Part shown: positions 28,353-38,171 of the stretch, one piece after another
Layout of the letters: every line of letters begins with the position of its first letter
Position numbering within the stretch: the first letter of the stretch is position 1
From: an uncultured Bacillota bacterium
GTDB lineage: Bacteria > Bacillota > Clostridia > Peptostreptococcales > Anaerovoracaceae
DNA: 64,000 nt
Direction: 5' to 3'
Assembly: GCA_927441425.1 (NCBI GenBank)
Contig: CAKMKG010000001.1
Location: forward strand, 150-64,149
Made by a program: the position numbers and the translations under genes
Notes under the pieces: generated by a model
What the model saw: only the letters and a program-made list of their open reading frames with translations
Told to the model about the DNA's origin: nothing
Databases searched by the model: none

Positions 28353-28685
28353 ATGAAGGATGTAACAGTTTTAACAACGAGTACTTGCGGGTACTGTAAA
28401 ATAGCGAAGGAATTTCTAATCCAAAACAAGATTCATTTTATTGAAAAAGACGTAAATGTAGATGCGCAAGCGCGCCGTGAGATGACAAGCAGAAATATCA
28501 CGGGGGTACCTACGTTCATAATAGGAAACGATGTTGTTGTCGGCTTTGACAAAACGAGGATACTGGAATTGGTTGATCATCGCATGGTTAAATGCCAAAA
28601 TTGCGGCACGGCGATACGTGTTCCAACCAATGCGGGCAGAATCAAGGCAAGGTGCCCGAAGTGTAAATCAACCCTCAATCTGTAA
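28353..28685 (+). CDS. Glutaredoxin/NrdH-like protein with C-terminal zinc ribbon
   Basis: CGYC, GVP, GFD; C-terminal CQNC...CPKC. Confidence 0.85.
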   Translation: MKDVTVLTTSTCGYCKIAKEFLIQNKIHFIEKDVNVDAQARREMTSRNITGVPTFIIGNDVVVGFDKTRILELVDHRMVKCQNCGTAIRVPTNAGRIKARCPKCKSTLNL

Positions 28686-28732
28686 TCGTATCAAAGGCTG
28701 AAACACTTCGGGAAAAGGTTGCTGTCATTCCC

Positions 28733-30880
28733 TCATTTTTTCTTTTCCTCTTGCAGCTTTGCCCAGGCGATGGCAAAAGCCGACTCCTGAGGCTTTTCCT
28801 TTTCCTGCTGCTTCATATATTCCTGCAGTTCTCGTTTGCCCATGTTATCACGGTTTTCTGCAAGCTGTTTATTAAATCGGTCAAACTTTTCACGGAAGCC
28901 GCAAGGGCAGGAATAAATTCGCTTCTCTCCTTCGCCAATCACATTGAGCTTCTTATGGCATTGGGGGCAGCGGGCGTTGCTTACATAGGATAAGTTTTGC
29001 TTATAGCCGCATTCCCGATCCGAGCAGACAAGCATTTTTCCTTTTTTTCCGTTTATCTCAAGCAAAAATTTATCACACATCGGGCAGCGGGTTCGTGTCA
29101 TATTATCATGCCTATAGTTTCCGTCACTAGCCACCACACGGCCGACAATGGTTGAGGCGAGAGCCCTCATTTCGGAGATAAAGGGGGCACTCTTTTCCTG
29201 TCCTTTGCTGATCGCTGCCAGTCGCCTCTCCCATTTTTCTGTCAGCTCCGGAGATTTCAATTCTTCCGGCACCAAATTGATCAGTTGGATCCCCTTGCTC
29301 ATAGGGAAAATTTCTTTTCCTCTTCTCTCCGCGGAGTTCGCAGAAAACATCTTTTCAATGATATCCGCTCTGGTAGCCGGAGTACCCAGATTATGGTGTT
29401 CCATGGCAGAAAGCAGAGATGCCTCCGTATATCTACCAGCTGGCTTAGTCTTGCCACTTCCAAGCTTTATCGCCAGAACAGGAAGGCTTTGGCCCTGCTT
29501 CAAGTCCGGCAGGCTCTGACTTTTCATCTCACTCTCATCAGAAGACTCTTCCTGATCTTCGAGGTTGCTTGCACCGTAAATATTCTTCCAACCCTTCTGG
29601 GTTACAATCTTGCCTTTCGCCGAAAAAACTTCATGTTCGATCTCGATCTTAACGTTCGTCTGCATATACTCGAAATCCGAACAGAATACGGATAAAAAGC
29701 GCTTTACAACCAGATCATAAATCCTTCTTTCTTCCGAGGTTAAGTTCGAGAGCCTCCCATATTCCTCCGTAGGGATAATCGCATGGTGATCTGTCACCTT
29801 GCTGTCGTCGACGACCCTCTTGGAGGTCTTGATACCGGTTTTGATCAGTTCAGTTGTTATGGTACTGTATTCCCCGGATGAAACCGCACGCAGCCGATCT
29901 TTTAGAGAGGGAACAATGTCACTGCTGATATAACGAGAATCAGTTCTTGGATAGGTGAGGACCTTGTGTTCCTCATAAAGCCGCTGCATCAGGTTTAAAG
30001 TTTGCTTGGCAGAAAAACCATAGCGGATATTGGCATCTCGCTGCAGCTCGGTCAAGTCATATAATAATGGAGGAGCCTCTCGTTTGGCGTCCCTTTTCAG
30101 CTCTATAATTTTTCCGGCCTTCGTCTTCAATTTATTGACAATCGCATCCGCTCTATCCTTCTCGGAGATTCTGCTTTGCCCGGTCTTTTGATCTGACCAT
30201 ACTCCACGAAAGCCGTCGAATTCAGCATGGATGGTATAATAATCCCTGGGAATAAAATTTTTGATTTCCTCTTCTCTTTTTACGATCATGGCCAAGGTTG
30301 GAGTCTGGACACGTCCGGCGGATAATTGAGCATTATGCTTACAGGTCAATGCTCTTGTAACGTTAAGTCCAACCAGCCAGTCGGCTTCCGCTCTGCTCTG
30401 GGCGGAATGATAAAGATTGTCGTATTCCGCGGCCTGCTTTAAATGAGCAAAGCCCTCCTTGATACTTTTGTCTGTCTGAGAAGAAATCCAAAGACGCTTG
30501 ATTGGTTTGTGAAAGCCAACCTTCTGGATGATCCATCGAGCGACCAGCTCGCCTTCTCGGCCTGCATCCGTAGCAATGACAAGCTCAGTAACTTCCGGAT
30601 TTTTCATTAGGGTTTTGACTACATTAAACTGCTTTCCTGTTTCTTTGATTACGACCAAATCCATTTTCGGAGGCATCATCGGAAGCGTTTCCAAGGACCA
30701 TTTCTTATATTGATCCCCGTAATGCTCGGGATCTGCCAAGGTTACCAAATGTCCAAGGGACCAGGTGACAATATATTTAGGACCGACGATGTGACCATCT
30801 TTTGCATTCGTGCAGCCAAGTACACGAGCAAGCTCACGGCCTACGGAAGGTTTTTCTGCTAATACCAATATCTTTCCCAT
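28733..30880 (-). CDS. topB: DNA topoisomerase III with C-terminal Zn ribbons
   Basis: AEKPSV, ATDAGREGE, SAGRVQTPT, TYPRTDS, LGTPATRA, C-terminal Cys motifs. Confidence 0.93.
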   Translation of the reverse strand: MGKILVLAEKPSVGRELARVLGCTNAKDGHIVGPKYIVTWSLGHLVTLADPEHYGDQYKKWSLETLPMMPPKMDLVVIKETGKQFNVVKTLMKNPEVTELVIATDAGREGELVARWIIQKVGFHKPIKRLWISSQTDKSIKEGFAHLKQAAEYDNLYHSAQSRAEADWLVGLNVTRALTCKHNAQLSAGRVQTPTLAMIVKREEEIKNFIPRDYYTIHAEFDGFRGVWSDQKTGQSRISEKDRADAIVNKLKTKAGKIIELKRDAKREAPPLLYDLTELQRDANIRYGFSAKQTLNLMQRLYEEHKVLTYPRTDSRYISSDIVPSLKDRLRAVSSGEYSTITTELIKTGIKTSKRVVDDSKVTDHHAIIPTEEYGRLSNLTSEERRIYDLVVKRFLSVFCSDFEYMQTNVKIEIEHEVFSAKGKIVTQKGWKNIYGASNLEDQEESSDESEMKSQSLPDLKQGQSLPVLAIKLGSGKTKPAGRYTEASLLSAMEHHNLGTPATRADIIEKMFSANSAERRGKEIFPMSKGIQLINLVPEELKSPELTEKWERRLAAISKGQEKSAPFISEMRALASTIVGRVVASDGNYRHDNMTRTRCPMCDKFLLEINGKKGKMLVCSDRECGYKQNLSYVSNARCPQCHKKLNVIGEGEKRIYSCPCGFREKFDRFNKQLAENRDNMGKRELQEYMKQQEKEKPQESAFAIAWAKLQEEKKK

Positions 30881-30966
30881 TTTTGCGCTTTGCTCCTATC
30901 TTACAAATGGATTTCTGTTTCCTGCGTCTATTATACCATATTTATTGATTTGTTCATCAACATCCC

Positions 30967-30993
30967 TAATTAACCGTTCTTTTTAGCCGATAA
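30967..30993 (+). promoter_or_regulatory. sigmaD (FliA)-type promoter
   Basis: TAAT-N15-GCCGATAA upstream of a c-di-GMP gene. Confidence 0.55.
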
Positions 30994-31054
30994 AGTAAAT
31001 GGTAGGACTGTATCCTAACCTCTGATGGTAATTGGCAACGGAGAGGAAAACTGC

Positions 31055-33121
31055 ATGAAGATTAGAAATAAAATGATGCTGATCATTCTGCCGATCATGG
31101 CGGCAGGGATTATTCTTTTAAACGTTATGTTTGGCTTATTCTATCAAAATTCTATTCTAAGCGAAGAGGATAGACAAATAAAGATCATAGAGCAAAATTT
31201 ATCATCCTATATCTCGGAAAACCAAAAGAGATATACCGGGAGAGTAAACGATTGGAGCCATTGGGATGACACGTATTATTATCTGGAAAATCTTTATCCT
31301 GAATACGTTGAGGAGAATATAGAAGAACAAACATTTGTTAATTTGGATATCAATTTTATTATTTTTACAGATCAAAATGATTTCGTGTTTGAGGATTTCT
31401 TTTATAATTTTAGTAAGGAAGCGTTTACGGATTTTCCGGTGGATTTTTTTAGTGATTTTAATACGTTGCTTCAGTTTTCAAAGTCTGCCGATGATCCTTC
31501 CGGAATTTTAAAGATTGGTCAGGAGTACTATTTTGTTGCGGCAGCTGATGTAACAGATTCAGCGAGGATGAGCCCCCCAAATGGCAAAATGCTAATCGGC
31601 AGGCAAATTGATCAAGATGTCATGAAAACGATTGAAAAAAATTTGGGATGTACTGTTGATTCGATATCAACAATAAAAGATAGTCATGACCGGTCGGTTG
31701 GCCTACGGGACTTTGCTTATAATGATCGTAAGGATTCTATTGTCCTTTCCTTTTTTATTACCAACACCCTTGATTATCAGCCTTCTGTTCTTATTACATT
31801 GATCAAAACCAGAGATTTGTACATATATGGTATGAAAAACGTTCTATGGTTTACAACCACGACTACAATATTGTTTCTGTTCATCATGCTGTTCGTCTTT
31901 CTGCTTTTAAATAAATACTTATCAAAACCATTTATTAAATTATTTAATGACATTATAACGATTGATTTAAATGAAGCGGAATTCAGGAGATTACCTGAGG
32001 AGGGGAAACATGAATTTTTGTCTTTGAGACAGGCGACAAATAAAATGCTTGCAAAAATTAATGCGGAGCAGAGGAAAGCGCATGATAAGGAAGAAAAGCT
32101 TGCTTATTTAAGCTATCATGATCAACTGACGGATTTATTCAATCGAAGGTATTTTGAGGAAAATCTGGACAGAATAGATACTGCTACAAATCTACCGCTA
32201 TCCTTTCTTTATGCAGATGTAAATGGTTTGAAATTCATCAATGACGCATTTGGTCATCGGAGCGGTGACGAAATGATCAAGGCCTTTGCAAATGTGTTGA
32301 CAGCAACTTGCGGGGAGGGTATTATCGCGAGAACCGGCGGGGATGAATTTGTAGTAGTGCTACCAAATTGTGATTTTGCGTCGGTTGAAAAACTAGCAAG
32401 CTTGATTCAAGAAAAAGTTGATCAAATAGAAGTCGCCAACCTTAGTCTGTCGGTTTCTATGGGATGGGATACGAAAGAGAAAGAAGTAATACCTGCACTT
32501 GATACAATCAGAAGCGCCGAAGATTCCATGTATAAGAAAAAACTATTGTCCATCAACAGTAGAAGCAATGTAGTCATCCAAACCATATTAAATACGCTCC
32601 TGCTAAAAAATCCACGGGAAAAGAGCCATTCACAAAGAGTAGGGATGTTCTGTAAACTGATTGGTCAGGCTTTCCGGCTTCAGAATGATCAAATAAAAGA
32701 GTTGGAAACAGCAGGAGAACTTCATGATATTGGAAAAATTATAATGGATGAGACAATATTGAATAAAGCCGGCAGCTTAACGGAACTTGAATGGCAAGAT
32801 GTGCGAAAGCACCCTGAGACCGGATACAGATTACTAGGTAATGCGAATGAATTTTATAAAATTTCCGAGTTTGTACTTGATCATCACGAAAGATGGGACG
32901 GAAAAGGGTATCCAAAAGGTTTAAAAGGTGAGGAAATTCATTGGGAAGCGAGAGTGATTTCGGTTGCAGACGCATATGATGCGATGACGAGTGAAAGAAC
33001 CTATAGAAAGGCACTCAGTGAAAAGGAAGCCGTTGAAGAAATTATAAAGTATTCCGGTATTCAATTTGATCCTGCTATCGTCAAGGTTTTTGTTGAAGAG
33101 GTTTTAGGGTATAAAGAGTAA
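31055..33121 (+). CDS. CHASE4-GGDEF-HD-GYP protein
   Basis: DWSHWDDTY (CHASE4), TM helices, GGDEF, LHDIGK, HHERWDGKGYP. Confidence 0.92.
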   Translation: MKIRNKMMLIILPIMAAGIILLNVMFGLFYQNSILSEEDRQIKIIEQNLSSYISENQKRYTGRVNDWSHWDDTYYYLENLYPEYVEENIEEQTFVNLDINFIIFTDQNDFVFEDFFYNFSKEAFTDFPVDFFSDFNTLLQFSKSADDPSGILKIGQEYYFVAAADVTDSARMSPPNGKMLIGRQIDQDVMKTIEKNLGCTVDSISTIKDSHDRSVGLRDFAYNDRKDSIVLSFFITNTLDYQPSVLITLIKTRDLYIYGMKNVLWFTTTTTILFLFIMLFVFLLLNKYLSKPFIKLFNDIITIDLNEAEFRRLPEEGKHEFLSLRQATNKMLAKINAEQRKAHDKEEKLAYLSYHDQLTDLFNRRYFEENLDRIDTATNLPLSFLYADVNGLKFINDAFGHRSGDEMIKAFANVLTATCGEGIIARTGGDEFVVVLPNCDFASVEKLASLIQEKVDQIEVANLSLSVSMGWDTKEKEVIPALDTIRSAEDSMYKKKLLSINSRSNVVIQTILNTLLLKNPREKSHSQRVGMFCKLIGQAFRLQNDQIKELETAGELHDIGKIIMDETILNKAGSLTELEWQDVRKHPETGYRLLGNANEFYKISEFVLDHHERWDGKGYPKGLKGEEIHWEARVISVADAYDAMTSERTYRKALSEKEAVEEIIKYSGIQFDPAIVKVFVEEVLGYKE

Positions 33122-33146
33122 TCATCGCGCCTCGGAGACAAGGAAG

Positions 33147-33191
33147 TTGACACAGAAAAACAAATTGTGTATAATTAAATTGCGCACAATT
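33147..33191 (+). promoter_or_regulatory. sigmaA promoter with OhrR-type operator
   Basis: TTGACA-N17-TATAAT; TATAATT-A-AATTGCG and AATTGCGCACAATT resemble the OhrR box TACAATT-N-AATTGTA. Confidence 0.75.
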
Positions 33192-33221
33192 AAATCTGCC
33201 AAAAGGAAAGGGTCATAAAGT

Positions 33222-33698
33222 ATGAATATCTACGATATAAAAGCAAAAAATTCACAGGGCGAAGAAGTATCGATGAGTGACTACAGAGGTAAGGTCTTGC
33301 TCATTGTAAATACTGCTACAGGCTGCGGTTTTACACCGCAGTATGATGGCTTACAGAAGCTATATGAGAACTATCATGATCAGGGTTTTGAGATTTTAGA
33401 TTTCCCCTCCAATCAGTTTGCGAACCAAGCACCCGGAACCGATTCTGAGATTAACAGTTTTTGTACGATCAACTTCGGAACCACCTTCCCGCGTTTTTCG
33501 AAAATTGACGTAAATGGGCAAAACGAAGCCTCCCTATTCACTTTTTTGAAAAAATCGAAGGGTGGAGTTTTGGGTTCGAAGATAAAATGGAATTTTACAA
33601 AATTTCTAATTGATAAGGACGGTGAAGTTGTTGGACGCTTTGGCCCCGCCGAAAAACCCGAAAAGCTGGAAAGTAGAATAAAGGAACTGCTGAAGTAG
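33222..33698 (+). CDS. Glutathione peroxidase family protein (Cys type)
   Basis: VNTATGCGFT, FPSNQF, WNFTKFL. Confidence 0.95.
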   Translation: MNIYDIKAKNSQGEEVSMSDYRGKVLLIVNTATGCGFTPQYDGLQKLYENYHDQGFEILDFPSNQFANQAPGTDSEINSFCTINFGTTFPRFSKIDVNGQNEASLFTFLKKSKGGVLGSKIKWNFTKFLIDKDGEVVGRFGPAEKPEKLESRIKELLK

Positions 33699-33733
33699 GT
33701 AGAAACTGCAGGAACGAAAAGGAGCGTCCATCC

Positions 33734-34171
33734 ATGAACGATGACAACTTAAAACTCGAAAAACAACTATGTTTTCCTTTATATGCAGGGGCAAGAGAAG
33801 TGGTGAAGAAATACAAACCATTTCTAGATGCCATTGGCCTGACGTACACGCAATACATTGTAATGATGGTATTATGGGAGGAAAAGAGGATTACTATTAA
33901 ATCCTTGGGAGAACAGCTATACCTTGACTCCGGTACGCTGACGCCGCTTCTGAAAAAGATGGAAGCCCAAGGACTGGTAATGCGAAACCGGGATGAAAAA
34001 GACGAACGAAACGTCATTGTAACCATTGCAAAACAGGGAGAGCAGCTGAGGGAAAAAGCAGCTGATATCCCTTTGAAAATGAAAGAATGCATGCCCCTTA
34101 CGACAGAAGAAGCAAAGCAATTATATCAACTGCTGTATAAAGTGCTTGGACGAACCTCGGTGAATTTATAA
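33734..34171 (+). CDS. ohrR: MarR-family organic hydroperoxide regulator
   Basis: QLCFPLY sensor Cys, GLTYTQY, LDSGTLTPLLK, DER. Confidence 0.88.
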   Translation: MNDDNLKLEKQLCFPLYAGAREVVKKYKPFLDAIGLTYTQYIVMMVLWEEKRITIKSLGEQLYLDSGTLTPLLKKMEAQGLVMRNRDEKDERNVIVTIAKQGEQLREKAADIPLKMKECMPLTTEEAKQLYQLLYKVLGRTSVNL

Positions 34172-34215
34172 ATGATATGAAAGACGAAATGCTATCCAGA
34201 TAGGATAGCATTTCG

Positions 34216-34812
34216 TCATATGGGCTCTTGTAAAGAGAAGCCCCATTCTTGCCATTGCCAGACAGCAGTCCGCACATTCCCATCCGAATACGCAGCGTAC
34301 CGCTCGACCGCCACTTTATGATATTCCCCTTCCTCTGCGATCAGCTCGTTCAGACCGTCGCCGTTGACGTCTCGTATGGCAAAGGTAAGGATAGGGCGAT
34401 CCAGATTGGAGGAGCACCAGACAGGTTTGAATGTGTCCTCCTGTAGCGCATATACAAATAGATGATTCTTGTAACCCGTATCTTCACCGGTGTGCCAGAA
34501 GGGCCGTATCTCGCCGAAGCTTCCCTCTTTCCAAAGACTGATCACCAGATTGTCCCTCCCGTCGTTGTCAATGTCTCCCAGAACGAAACTGTCCACGCGA
34601 TAATCGGTCGGAGATTTCCAGAGCAACCGGGTTCCTTCCTTGACTGTGAGCACAGCGTCAGCCAGAAAATAGTCCTCCGTCCTACCATTTCCGTCAAGAT
34701 CACCCACGGCGCGGTACTGCGGTGCGGAATCATCCGCACCGGAAAACAAGGGGATGGTGAGCAGAATCAAAACCAGAACAAAGATCTTCCGGAGATTCGG
34801 TGCGTTTACCAT
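34216..34812 (-). CDS. Secreted protein with FG-GAP/VCBS-like DxDGDG repeats
   Basis: Signal-like N-terminus; DLDGNG, DIDNDG, DVNGDG; start overlaps the DUF3160 gene stop. Confidence 0.7.
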   Translation of the reverse strand: MVNAPNLRKIFVLVLILLTIPLFSGADDSAPQYRAVGDLDGNGRTEDYFLADAVLTVKEGTRLLWKSPTDYRVDSFVLGDIDNDGRDNLVISLWKEGSFGEIRPFWHTGEDTGYKNHLFVYALQEDTFKPVWCSSNLDRPILTFAIRDVNGDGLNELIAEEGEYHKVAVERYAAYSDGNVRTAVWQWQEWGFSLQEPI

Positions 34813-36974
34813 ACCGGTCCCTCCCTGGGCGCCGTGTAGACTTTTGTCCATATCGGTGGTTTGGGAGCGATGTCGTTTTCCAACATTTCTTTCCACTTCG
34901 CATCCGTTAGCCTGTCTGCAGACGGCCAGGGGAATTCATAATAAGAGTAAACAGCCCCCTTGGCGATTCGCAATGTGCCGTCAATCGGAACAACTGCATA
35001 AATCTCACTGATAAACCCTGTGCCTACCTCCAGAACCTGGCCGTTGGGATCCGTGGCCACATCAGCGATCAAAGCGGCGGGATTCTCATAGACGGCGGAC
35101 GGATGATCAACTCCTTCGTCTGCAAGGGCTTCCAGCCAGAAATGCTCCAACTGGCCGCCGAAGCTTTTTATCAGCTCGTATTCCTCCTCATCCAGAGGCT
35201 TCTGAGCAAGTTCTTTCTCCGAGATCACTTTCAATTTTAACGCCAATTCCTCCATCTTCTCTAAAGAAGCTCCGGCGCTTTCCTTTAGCAGGCCTCTGCT
35301 CTGCAGACCATCAATGGTCATTCTGGTAAGCGCAGCAAGGCGAGCATATACCACAGGGTTAGGCTCCACATACCCTCTGTCATCTTGGGGTTCGTCGCCG
35401 CCGCCCATTTCGGCATAAACCTGTTTCGCATACAGGATGGTGTCATGCTTGAGCTCTGCCCAGCTTCCCAGATAAGTCTCCAGTTGTTTGCAGGCCCATG
35501 CTTTGTTCAGCATGAAGGAAGGGTACCCCTCCTCTTTCGGTTCTGTGAGCGGCTTCAGTGTGTACATCCAGGTCCAGTAAAGGTTTTGTGTCCAGATTCC
35601 GGCATCCAAAGATGAAATATCTTTTCGCAGTATATCCATATTCTCGGGGTATTTCAGATAGTTGGTCTCGCCCATCTCGCTCAGGATGGCGTAAGCCTCC
35701 GGAGAACCCATGGCGGCCGGAATATCCAGACCATTTGGAAGCATCCGCCGCGCACCCATCTCATTTTCTCCAACTTCCCTATAGATCAGGCGCTGGAAAA
35801 TGGAAGCATCAGGAGTGAACCGCTGGCCCATAAAGCGAAACCCTTTGATCTCCTTTTTTCGATCAGGCTGGATGGTCGCATCATAGATGGGCATGGAGTT
35901 TATCGCCGGAGGATCCAATTCTTCAAGTCCGGCACGGAAAGCATCCCACAGCTTGGTGTTTTCTGTCAGTTTATCCAGAGAAGGAATTTCTGCATAGAAG
36001 TCCTTGAAAAGCTGGTGATACTGGGCAAAGCCCAGATCGTCGCTTTTGCCTACAAAAAAGTTGGTTGGCTCGTAGATGTGATTCCAGTGGTCATACTCCT
36101 GCTGTTGGCTGAGGAGCAGAGTGATCAGGGCTGCTGATTTCGTCTCGTCCTCGTTTGCAGCGCGGAAGGTCATGCGGCCGTACCACATCATGGTCCGGAA
36201 ATAAGTCTTAAGCGCATCGGACTTGGCATAATGGCCCCTTGGAAGGTACTGGGTGTAATCTTCATTTAAGACTTCCGCAGGAGTAGCACCGGAATTTCCC
36301 ATATTCATGACCGGAGAGGGAAGGAAGGATTCCTGATGGTCGGCAATCAATTGAAGCTCTTTGTCTACCTCCTGGTGAACAAAAGAAGGGATATCTGATT
36401 TGGGATCCAGAAGACGGGCAGCCACGGAGAAAAAAGCCACGTTGCGCATCGCGGCGTTTTCCCAATTCGTTCCCTTCAGATCTTCATAGTGGGTTTCACT
36501 TTTCATCAGCAAGGATTCTGTCAGCGCATCCAATTCCCCACGAAGGCTGTCTTTCTCCAGCGTCCGCAACAAATGACTAAAGTATAGGTGGTAATTATGC
36601 AGCATCGAATCAGTGGTAATAAAATTTGGAATAGAATCATAACGATTGATTTCATAGATGCTGAAAAATTCACGCCAGGAACTTGGAACCACCACAAAAC
36701 CATTTTTACTGAGAAGATTTTGTGCTTCGGTAGAGAACGTAAAGCGGTCTTTGTTGATCACGTTACTCAGGTCCGCCGATACCTGGTAGGCTTCGATGGA
36801 TGGTCTCAGGTCAACAGGAACCTCTCGGTAGTTTGCAAATTCGGATGGCTCCGTCTCGATTGAAGCAAGGGGCTGATCCGTTCCGGTTCGGGAGGAAGAC
36901 TGGCAGCCGGTGAGACTTGCAGCCAATAGGATCACGATGAGTAGCCAAAGGAGAGCGGCTCTTCTCTTATTCAT
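34806..36974 (-). CDS. DUF3160-domain lipoprotein
   Basis: Lipobox LTGC; FITTDS.LH, PRGHY, YFR.MMWYG, SWAELKHDTILYAKQ, GYVEP, YSYYEF. Confidence 0.85.
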   Translation of the reverse strand: MNKRRAALLWLLIVILLAASLTGCQSSSRTGTDQPLASIETEPSEFANYREVPVDLRPSIEAYQVSADLSNVINKDRFTFSTEAQNLLSKNGFVVVPSSWREFFSIYEINRYDSIPNFITTDSMLHNYHLYFSHLLRTLEKDSLRGELDALTESLLMKSETHYEDLKGTNWENAAMRNVAFFSVAARLLDPKSDIPSFVHQEVDKELQLIADHQESFLPSPVMNMGNSGATPAEVLNEDYTQYLPRGHYAKSDALKTYFRTMMWYGRMTFRAANEDETKSAALITLLLSQQQEYDHWNHIYEPTNFFVGKSDDLGFAQYHQLFKDFYAEIPSLDKLTENTKLWDAFRAGLEELDPPAINSMPIYDATIQPDRKKEIKGFRFMGQRFTPDASIFQRLIYREVGENEMGARRMLPNGLDIPAAMGSPEAYAILSEMGETNYLKYPENMDILRKDISSLDAGIWTQNLYWTWMYTLKPLTEPKEEGYPSFMLNKAWACKQLETYLGSWAELKHDTILYAKQVYAEMGGGDEPQDDRGYVEPNPVVYARLAALTRMTIDGLQSRGLLKESAGASLEKMEELALKLKVISEKELAQKPLDEEEYELIKSFGGQLEHFWLEALADEGVDHPSAVYENPAALIADVATDPNGQVLEVGTGFISEIYAVVPIDGTLRIAKGAVYSYYEFPWPSADRLTDAKWKEMLENDIAPKPPIWTKVYTAPREGPVW

Positions 36975-37181
36975 AAAATGACCTCTTTTCTTATCATATA
37001 TTATTATGTTTCCATAACTTACCTTTTATTTGACGGAGGAGGGTAAAACTTTGTTCCTTATTATGGGTTAAATTTCATCACTTCAAAAAGGATTGTAAAA
37101 TATGCGAGGAGACGATATTATTATAAGATATGACAGAGAAGGATGAAAGCGTAAATGAAGCAAAGGATGGAACGATTTAAA

Positions 37182-38138
37182 ATGAAAATTGTTTTTCTTG
37201 ACATCAAAACACTGGGGTACGAAATCGATGTATCGGGACTTCATAAATTTGGCGAAGTCCTTCTCTATGATCATGTTGCGGATGATGAGGTAGGCGGTGT
37301 GATTTCAGATGCAGAGATTGTTATAACCAATCAAAACACCCTCAACGAAAAGAATCTCAAAAATACCGACAAACTAAGATTAATTTGTGCGGCGGCAACG
37401 GGCTACGATAATATCGATACGGTCTATTGCGCAAAGCATACCATAGCTGTTGCAAATGTACCGGGCTATGCCGCGGGCAGTGTGGCGCAGCATACATTTT
37501 CCATGCTATTTTATCTCATCTCACACTCCGGTTACTATGATGATTATGTAAAGAGCGGAGACTTTTCAAAGGCAGAACAAACAATCCATTCGGGAAAGGA
37601 CTTCATGGAGCTGGAAGGCAAAACCTGGGGGATCATCGGTTTGGGGGAAATAGGGAAAAAGGTAGCAGCCTATGCCGAATGCTTTGGATGCAAGGTAATC
37701 TATTATTCCACATCGGGAAAAAACCGGCATGCTCATTATCAATCGGTTGAGCTGGAGGAGCTGCTACAAACAAGCGACATGATATCGATCCATGCGCCCA
37801 TGAACAGCAGAACGAAGCATCTGATCGGAATAGAACAACTAAGGCAGATGAAAAAAACCGCATATCTGTTAAACCTCGGACGCGGCGGTATTATTCGGGA
37901 AAATGATCTGGCGGAAGCCCTTGATGACAATCTGATTGCCGGTGCAGGACTTGATGTTTTCGAGACAGAACCATTACCGATGGAAAGCCCTTTGCTGAGG
38001 CTAAAAAACAGGGAGCATTTATTCATGACCCCCCATATCGGCTATGGAAGCGTCGAAGCCAGAGGCCGCCTTATGCAGGCCGTTTCTAAAAATATAGAAG
38101 CATTTCTATCAGGAGAAAGATGCAATAGAATAGTTTAA
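37182..38138 (+). CDS. D-2-hydroxyacid dehydrogenase (glycerate dehydrogenase-like)
   Basis: ATGYDNID, GIIGLGEIG, HAP, NLGRG, LDVFETEP, TPHIG. Confidence 0.92.
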   Translation: MKIVFLDIKTLGYEIDVSGLHKFGEVLLYDHVADDEVGGVISDAEIVITNQNTLNEKNLKNTDKLRLICAAATGYDNIDTVYCAKHTIAVANVPGYAAGSVAQHTFSMLFYLISHSGYYDDYVKSGDFSKAEQTIHSGKDFMELEGKTWGIIGLGEIGKKVAAYAECFGCKVIYYSTSGKNRHAHYQSVELEELLQTSDMISIHAPMNSRTKHLIGIEQLRQMKKTAYLLNLGRGGIIRENDLAEALDDNLIAGAGLDVFETEPLPMESPLLRLKNREHLFMTPHIGYGSVEARGRLMQAVSKNIEAFLSGERCNRIV

Positions 38139-38171
38139 GGAGCATACTGAAAGGTGATGAAAGGATAAAAT

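Noticed and set aside
33222-33698. Selenocysteine in the glutathione peroxidase
   Set aside because: The active-site codon is TGC (Cys); there is no in-frame TGA.
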